Made by a program: the position numbers and the translations under genes. Below the pieces are notes generated by a model, which had not been told where the DNA came from, ran no database searches, and saw nothing but the letters and a program-made list of their open reading frames with translations. A stretch of DNA of 54,986 bases, from the NCBI RefSeq assembly GCF_001194135.2, contig NC_068984.1, forward strand, positions 29,595,723-29,650,708, in the 5' to 3' direction. This stretch comes from Octopus bimaculoides. Its lineage: Eukaryota. Shown one piece after another: positions 48,454 to 54,986 of this stretch; the first letter of the stretch is position 1; each line of letters opens with the position of its first letter.

Positions 48454-48739
48454 CTGTGGTTCCCAAAGTGGGCGGTATTGCCTTCCTGGGGGCGGTGAAA
48501 AGCTCCAAGAAGAAAAGTTGAAGAAAAGTGGGGGGATAATGGGGTGGCCAAAAGGGGACGATGGATGTAAAAACAAAATAATGGGTTAATTAGGTTATGT
48601 TTTATTTGTGAAATATAGTTGACTTGAATTTTCTCTAGAAAGAGGTCTACGTTTGTGATGGGTAGTTGGGGTGAGGGGCGCTAGGAATGTGGTCTGGGTG
48701 TCAAGGGGGCAGCAGCTCGAAAAAGATTGGGAAGCACTG
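48454..48739 (+). mobile_element. hAT (Charlie-like) MITE
   Basis: TIRs CTGTGGTTCCCAA / TTGGGAAGCACTG. TSD TTCTAGAT (48446-48453) and GTCTAGAT (48740-48747), matching the nTCTAGAn target preference known for Charlie-type hATs. Confidence 0.88.
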
Positions 48740-50964
48740 GTCTAGATGAATGTCACTCATGATTAGGGTTGTGATGTATTATTGTAGGTTTTTGATAAGA
48801 GTAGAGCTTGTATAAATGTATATAGACGCACACTCGTAGATGTGTGCGTATGTGTGTATTTTCTGTGCTTATATATATATATACACATATGCATTAAAGT
48901 AAATATGTGTATATATATATGTGTGTGTGTATGTGTGTGTGTGTGTATGTGTGTGAAATAAAATGAGTCAACAAAACCAAGGCAGTGTGGAATTTTCAGA
49001 ACATTTATAAAGAGAAAGTTAGTCTTACAGCTCTTTCTGGGATATTAGGGATATCCCTTCATCATAGACAATGTGAGATGGTTAAATAGAGAGAAATATT
49101 ACAATTCAATATGAGGACTTATTTTGGAAGAGGAAGCAAATAAGAGGTATATAAGGAAAAAGGATAATGAATGTAGAAATAAAAATATAAATGCAGAGGA
49201 AAGTGGTGTGTAGAAGCGGTACAAATGCTTTCTGTCCGTGGTATATAAATTCCAATAGGAGTTCATATCTTGTTATCACAAATGAAAAGTGTGGAGACGT
49301 AGATTCCATGTGCTGTTCGTGCAGGAGGTGTTAGTGATGTGAATGAAATTTGAGAATGTAGTGGTAGTATTAAGTGGATAGAGAGGGAAGAAGAGGTGTG
49401 TATGTTAAGATGAAGGGAGAGTTAAAAGGAAAAGGTGAGAAAAGAAGAAGGAAAGAAAGAGGAAGAGAAAATGAAAACATATACATGTTCATACAAGACC
49501 CGCATTAGACTCCTCACTCGTATCATTATCGAACCGAACGTTTAAATACGGTCCTTCCATAGCATTTAGCGACACCTGTTATCTTGGGTTTTCTGGATGC
49601 CAATACCAAAGATATTTATGTATGTCTGTACATATCCATTCACACACAAGCGTGTGCCAACATACCACTATATAAGTGTGTGTATGTGTATATATATATC
49701 AACATGCATGTAGTCATATGACTGACAGGGTGGAGCAAGTATAAGATTAACGGCTATGTTTTGGATTTCATAACTGTTTCAATAATTTGACTCTGTAGCT
49801 GGGTGGACATGTAATTCACTTCGTATGCATTATATATCCACCAGTCTTGAAGTACGTGTCAGATTCAAGAATATTATCCTAGGGATGCGATTTCTGTTTT
49901 ATTCTCCTGATTCCATTTTGTCATATCCGGAATTATACTCCTTCACATTATTGTGGGATTTGGAGTTGAAGTAGATGAGACAGAAATTCACTTACTACCG
50001 AAGTTGCACTTTTCTGATTGCTTAATATTTAGACATAATAACGGATTGTACAATATTACGATGAATATTGAATGCTACTTGACAATTATTTATTAATTAT
50101 AATTATATATTACTATGGAAGACAATATTTTTACTATTTATATACACTAAACAGAAGTTACACATTCCTTACTTAATAATGTTGTACATTATAAAACTCT
50201 GCGTTCTGGCCGGTGACATTTCTGCATCTCAACATCGACGCATCTTAACAATATCAGGTCGAACACGTTTAATGAGACCTTGTGTTCACGTTTCATAGTA
50301 GAAAATAATAGGCAAGAAAATGACAAAGTCTTTAGGAGCAAGGAATTGAAAACGGCCGAGAAGACTATCTTGAGATATAAGTTTCGGATTTGAATTCAGA
50401 TACTCTCTCCAACTTTGTTTCTTTCTTTACTTTTATATTCTTTCATTTTCTGTCTTGAAAAAATTGGCTCTGACCAAACTTGAATTCAGTTTGGCTCTAT
50501 CGGGACCAAAACTATTCAAAACACGCCTTATATCAAAACTATCAAGATTTGAGAATCCAAACAAGTAAATCAGATTTTTGTGTTCTTAACTGGTTAACAT
50601 AATACATCCGAGGCGTAATTGCTTCGGTTTTAACAATGTTTCAGAACTAGTCACTCCTCAGAGCAGAACTTCAATACATATTCAAATATATTTATAGGAT
50701 ATGAGCGACATAGTGTAGGTGCAAATGTTATTTTGTATTCTACTCACCGGCTGTATTTTATTTGTAAATGCCTTACATTAGACTTGCAATTCTGTCTACT
50801 TGACCCATGGTTACAGGCAACAACATGATATGAGATAATAATGTCTGATTAAAGTATTTCCAACACGGTGTCATTGAGAAGTTGATCCATACACCTCCTT
50901 CAGAACAGTGCTAAAGTTGTTCTCATTTGTTTTGAGTTCAAATTCATATTAAAGTAAGAAATTT

Positions 50965-50966
<2 letters not shown>

Positions 50967-51017
<51 letters not shown>
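50967..51017. repeat. (TA)n microsatellite
   Basis: Read directly from sequence. Confidence 0.95.
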
Positions 51018-51021
<4 letters not shown>

Positions 51022-51559
51022 GTTAATAAATCTTATTAATTCATCATTGATTTTTAATATTAAATACATGCTCTGTTAATCATTGCTTTGCAGGTCTCTG
51101 CTTTAAGTTTTTATATTTTAGATGCATATATTTGTTCAACATGCTAGAAATAGCAGCCAAATCACCCTCTTCTCTCACCTCTTGAAGTACTTAAGGACCC
51201 CGAATGAATGTTTAACTATTAGGAGTGAGGATTTTTCTTGCTATCCGCATTTTAAAAAATACATCTTCACTGAAATTTGATACATCCAACTATGACGTAA
51301 GTTTTCGATATACATATGAGGCAACAGTTATTTATGTTTAAGTTGATCTGATATGTATTTTATCCACGAAACCCTGCGTTGCTATTTCTCACAAGGGTTT
51401 CAGTGTTTTCTTTACGTTGTATATGTATATATATATCTATGGTATTTGCAGCTTCAAAGATATTTGTTAGCCAAGGAAAAAAAAAAAAAAAAAAAAAANN
51501 NNNNNNNNTAAGCCATTTAAGATGCAGCACGAAGTTTTGTCAGTGAACAGGTCGCGGTT

Positions 51560-52200
51560 TCAAAGCGACGAAAATATTTTGACACAAATTAAATTTAAAT
51601 GTTGAAGTGAACGTAACCGGTTTTTGTGTGTTCTTAAATGGCTTCCAATCATCCTCCACCCTGCAATTATTTTGTTTCAGTACATGATCCCAAATCAAGT
51701 CACTTGCTATGTAAGTACATCTCCGTATTTTAATTTTCATTTGTGTTAGACTTTTCGTTGCTGGATCAGTATCACAGACTAACTCTATCCAGGACAGATA
51801 CCAGCTGACAGACCAAATCTAACTGACAGACCAGATCTTTGATATGAAACTTAGGGATCTCATGCATGATATTTTGGAGAGGAATGTTTTGGGAGAGGTT
51901 GCAGCCCTAAATATGGACTATAGGTTTGCAAATTCGTGAACTGTCCCATTATCATATGTTGTTCATATTAAAAAAAGATCCAGAACATTATGATAAACTT
52001 GTTTATGTAGGATTTCGAAATTCACAAGCATAACCAATTCTGTTTAAATATAGCACGAAAAGCATGCTACATGGTCTATGTGGAAGAAATAGACCCAATG
52101 CAACATGTATGGTTGATAGGAAGTAGAATATTCCATGAAACTGAGATACCTGAAATGAATTTACTTCAGTACTATGGTGCTCACAAGCTGAATATGCAGG
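51560..52200 (+). mobile_element. Decayed Helitron Rep-domain fragment
   Basis: Collinear motifs with frameshifts: IIL...YM (IILPSSF.GSPRYM-like, from 51648); WISITDxLYPGQIPADRP (WxEI..L.PGQ..DRPD); FDMKLRDLMHDILERNVLGEV; LQIRELSHYHMLFIL (HUH motif FQKRGLPHAHILL, HYH at 51947-51955); MLHGLCGRNRPNATCM (MxHGPCG..NP..PCM, from 52064). Confidence 0.8.
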
Positions 52201-54478
52201 TAAACATGAAGTCAACACGAAGACACGCACACAATCGATTCATCTTCTTAAGCATTTAGTTTCCCCTCCGCACATATACGAATATCCATCTTGATAATTC
52301 AGTTTCCTTCACTTCGCTAATGGCATTGATAAAGTATGCACAACACAGCGTTTATTTTCTCAATGTCGGATAAAAACTAACGTTTTGCTCCTTAGGTAAG
52401 AGGTCGCTTTAATTGTTAATTACACGTATATAGACGTAAAAATGAATGTGTTTAATGACTTGCCCGACTAAACAGACCATATTTAATAACAAGAGAGAAA
52501 TTTAGAATCTATATGAAAAAGTCGAGTTCTACTCAGTCATTTCCATTTCTTTGTAACCAAGGCCTAATAATAGATGGTTCTATCGTAATTTTCATTTCAC
52601 TTCAAGTTCAAATGATACCTCAATACTCCGCCTCAAAAATCAAAACACAAAAATCAAACAAAATAATATGCAAAATAATATCAACTACCATCATTATAAC
52701 AAAAGCTACCAGTACAACAATAACAATAACTGCAAATATCTCTTTTGTATTTTTGCTTTAATTTGTGACAAATTATTCTCTTGAGGTGAAATGTGAGATG
52801 GGGTTTACTTTCTGGTGTTGCGGTGTCCGAAATGTTAAGGAAAGATAAACATCATGCTGTCTGATTTGATTGATTAATAAGTAAACGATACCTTACAAAG
52901 CTCTTGGTTTAATCTTTTAAATTTCCGTTTGTGTTTTAGTCGAATTGTATGTGCGTGTATGATACACATACATACGTATTGTCTCTTAATTCTGGTTTGC
53001 TTCTAGAGGCTCTTCAATAGTTTTCTTTTGCTTCTGTTTTCCCGAAAAGTCTAGAAAATAAATGATTAATCAATAACCAATTACACATGAAGCAATAAAA
53101 TTGCATTGCATCTTACTGTGTATGAGTTTTAACTACTCACAAATCGGATGCATTTAAATGTACATCAACCGATTATTAAAGAAAAATACTTTTAAGTATA
53201 ACAACATAAAAAGTAGATGATATAAAATAGTAAAATATAATAGTGATGTATATATTAAAAGCTCCACCAGTGCAGAAGACGAACGAGGGAAAAAAAAAAG
53301 GACGTTTGGATGTGAACAAACTTTTCCGAAAAACCAGAAATACTCACGCTTATATTTGAATATTGGCATTTTCTTTCGAGCCTTTCAAGAAATCTATTTT
53401 GCTTAATGTGTTGTATTGGGCGAGAACAGAAACAGGATTGTTTCATATTATATAAAATATTACCTTACAAGACAGTGTGTTATGGTTTACTTTACCGGCG
53501 GCACGTTGTGTCCTAGAGCAAGACGCTTTATTTCACATTGTTTCAGTTCACTCAGCTTACAAAGTATGATGAAATGAATATTTGTAAGGGTTCCTTCGGC
53601 GAATTTTTTATATTGTCAGATGCTACTTGTTCGCATATAAAATCGTTTCTTCTCTTGTACATTTATCCCGAGGACAACAGTTTATACTTTTAAAATACAA
53701 TTCTACTTGCTATATTTGCCTTAGTTAACCAATACACTTATACTCAAGTATAAAATGGATTCCAGCCGCGATAATTCTGTCATTTTCAGAATGTCTAGGG
53801 TTATATTATTTAACAGCTCATTCTCTTTCTAATGAAGGACTGTTATTAGAGGGAGATTTGGCAGCTGGCCGCTTTATCTGGCAGGTCGAGAAACTATGCA
53901 GAGGTTTCGTTGTTGATTTCTTATATAGTATCTGATGTAATACAAATAGATATTGCAATTACGTGCTGGATTTGAACATATAACGAATACGTTCAGAACT
54001 AAATAATAGTTCACTTACAACCATGTCTTAAACTTACCTCCACCGCCCTTTTAAACACGTATAGTAATGTGCAGATAATACAATGCGATTTATGAGATAT
54101 TATCAAATATGATCGACAAAATAAAATTAGAATCTCTCTACAGAGCGTTAAGTTCACTATTGTTTTGTCTTATTTGGGATTTAAATATAAAGAATATCGA
54201 AATAAATATGATAAATCTTTATGAACGTAGCTGATACAGCAGAGTAGAAAAGAGGGAAAAAGAAATATACCATCTAAGCATGTTTGCGACGTTTACAATA
54301 TTAATATTAATATCTGTTTAATCTTCTTATGTAAAATAACTTCCTAGCGGTAGAAATGTCTTTAGGGAGATGGAGAGAGTGAGAGAAAGTGAGAGAGGGA
54401 GAGAATGGGAGAGAAATAGTCAGAGAGACAAAGACAAAGAATGGTGGAGAAATAGTAAAGAGAGATGGAGAGGGGGTG

Positions 54479-54520
<42 letters not shown>

Positions 54521-54952
54521 GACGGGAGAAGCAGACTTCGATNNNNNNNNNNAGAGAGCGAGGACGGGAGAAGCAGACTTCGATTATGTGTGTGTGTGTG
54601 TGTGTGTGTGTATGCACAGAGAAAATACAAAGAATGGATTGATAATGATACAGTGAAGAGGGTAGAAGGTGTTTCTCTTTATAAATATCAGTGATAGTGA
54701 GGATATATGATAGATTTTATTATTAACATTATTTTAACATATTTCAAATTATTTTTACTTTCTAAATGTGTTGTTTACAATTCAGCTTTATGCCTTTTGT
54801 ATATTTGCAACCGCCATACACACACACACACGCACGCACATATATGCATACATGCATATATACACGTATACATATATATTTATATATGTTTATATATATA
54901 TATATATATGCATGTATAAGTAAATAAATTTCTATGCAGATACACACACACA

Positions 54953-54986
<34 letters not shown>

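Noticed and set aside
50748-50845. Minus-strand 97-nt open segment ending at CCG|GTGAGT (strong minus donors also at about 29030 and 54039)
   Set aside because: No recognisable peptide. Consensus donors occur every few kb by chance, and they conflict in strand with the plus-strand candidates.
54511-54584. Exact 32-bp direct repeat flanking a 10-N gap
   Set aside because: Typical assembly artefact: an unmerged contig overlap duplicated on both sides of the gap.

Overview
AT-rich, repeat-dominated eukaryotic DNA with nine N gaps. It is most likely an octopus genome (inferred from the SINE families, the microsatellite density and the transposon types), and it reads as intergenic DNA or a long intron. 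I found no host protein-coding exon I can support, and no rRNA, tRNA or CRISPR array. Most ORFs in the supplied track are microsatellite or gap artefacts, or decayed transposon coding sequence. Recognisable content: about a dozen tRNA-derived SINE copies (three with clear target-site duplications); decayed non-LTR retrotransposons (RTE-BovB-like, three R4/REL-type, CR1/L2-type, Penelope-like with GIY-YIG); mariner, hAT and Helitron fragments; and several MITEs. The best signal is a type I hammerhead ribozyme with a fully canonical core on the minus strand (11774-11859), with degenerate relatives elsewhere in the window. Other notable items: a (GTA)n microsatellite lying in frame inside an R4 endonuclease motif, an in-frame low-complexity insert splitting a GIY-YIG domain, a fold-back mariner derivative, a 3' stem-loop architecture shared by a SINE and a LINE, and a run of in-frame splice signals over a dead Helitron. 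All family assignments come from motif recall and hand translation, not database searches. TE boundaries without TSDs are approximate.
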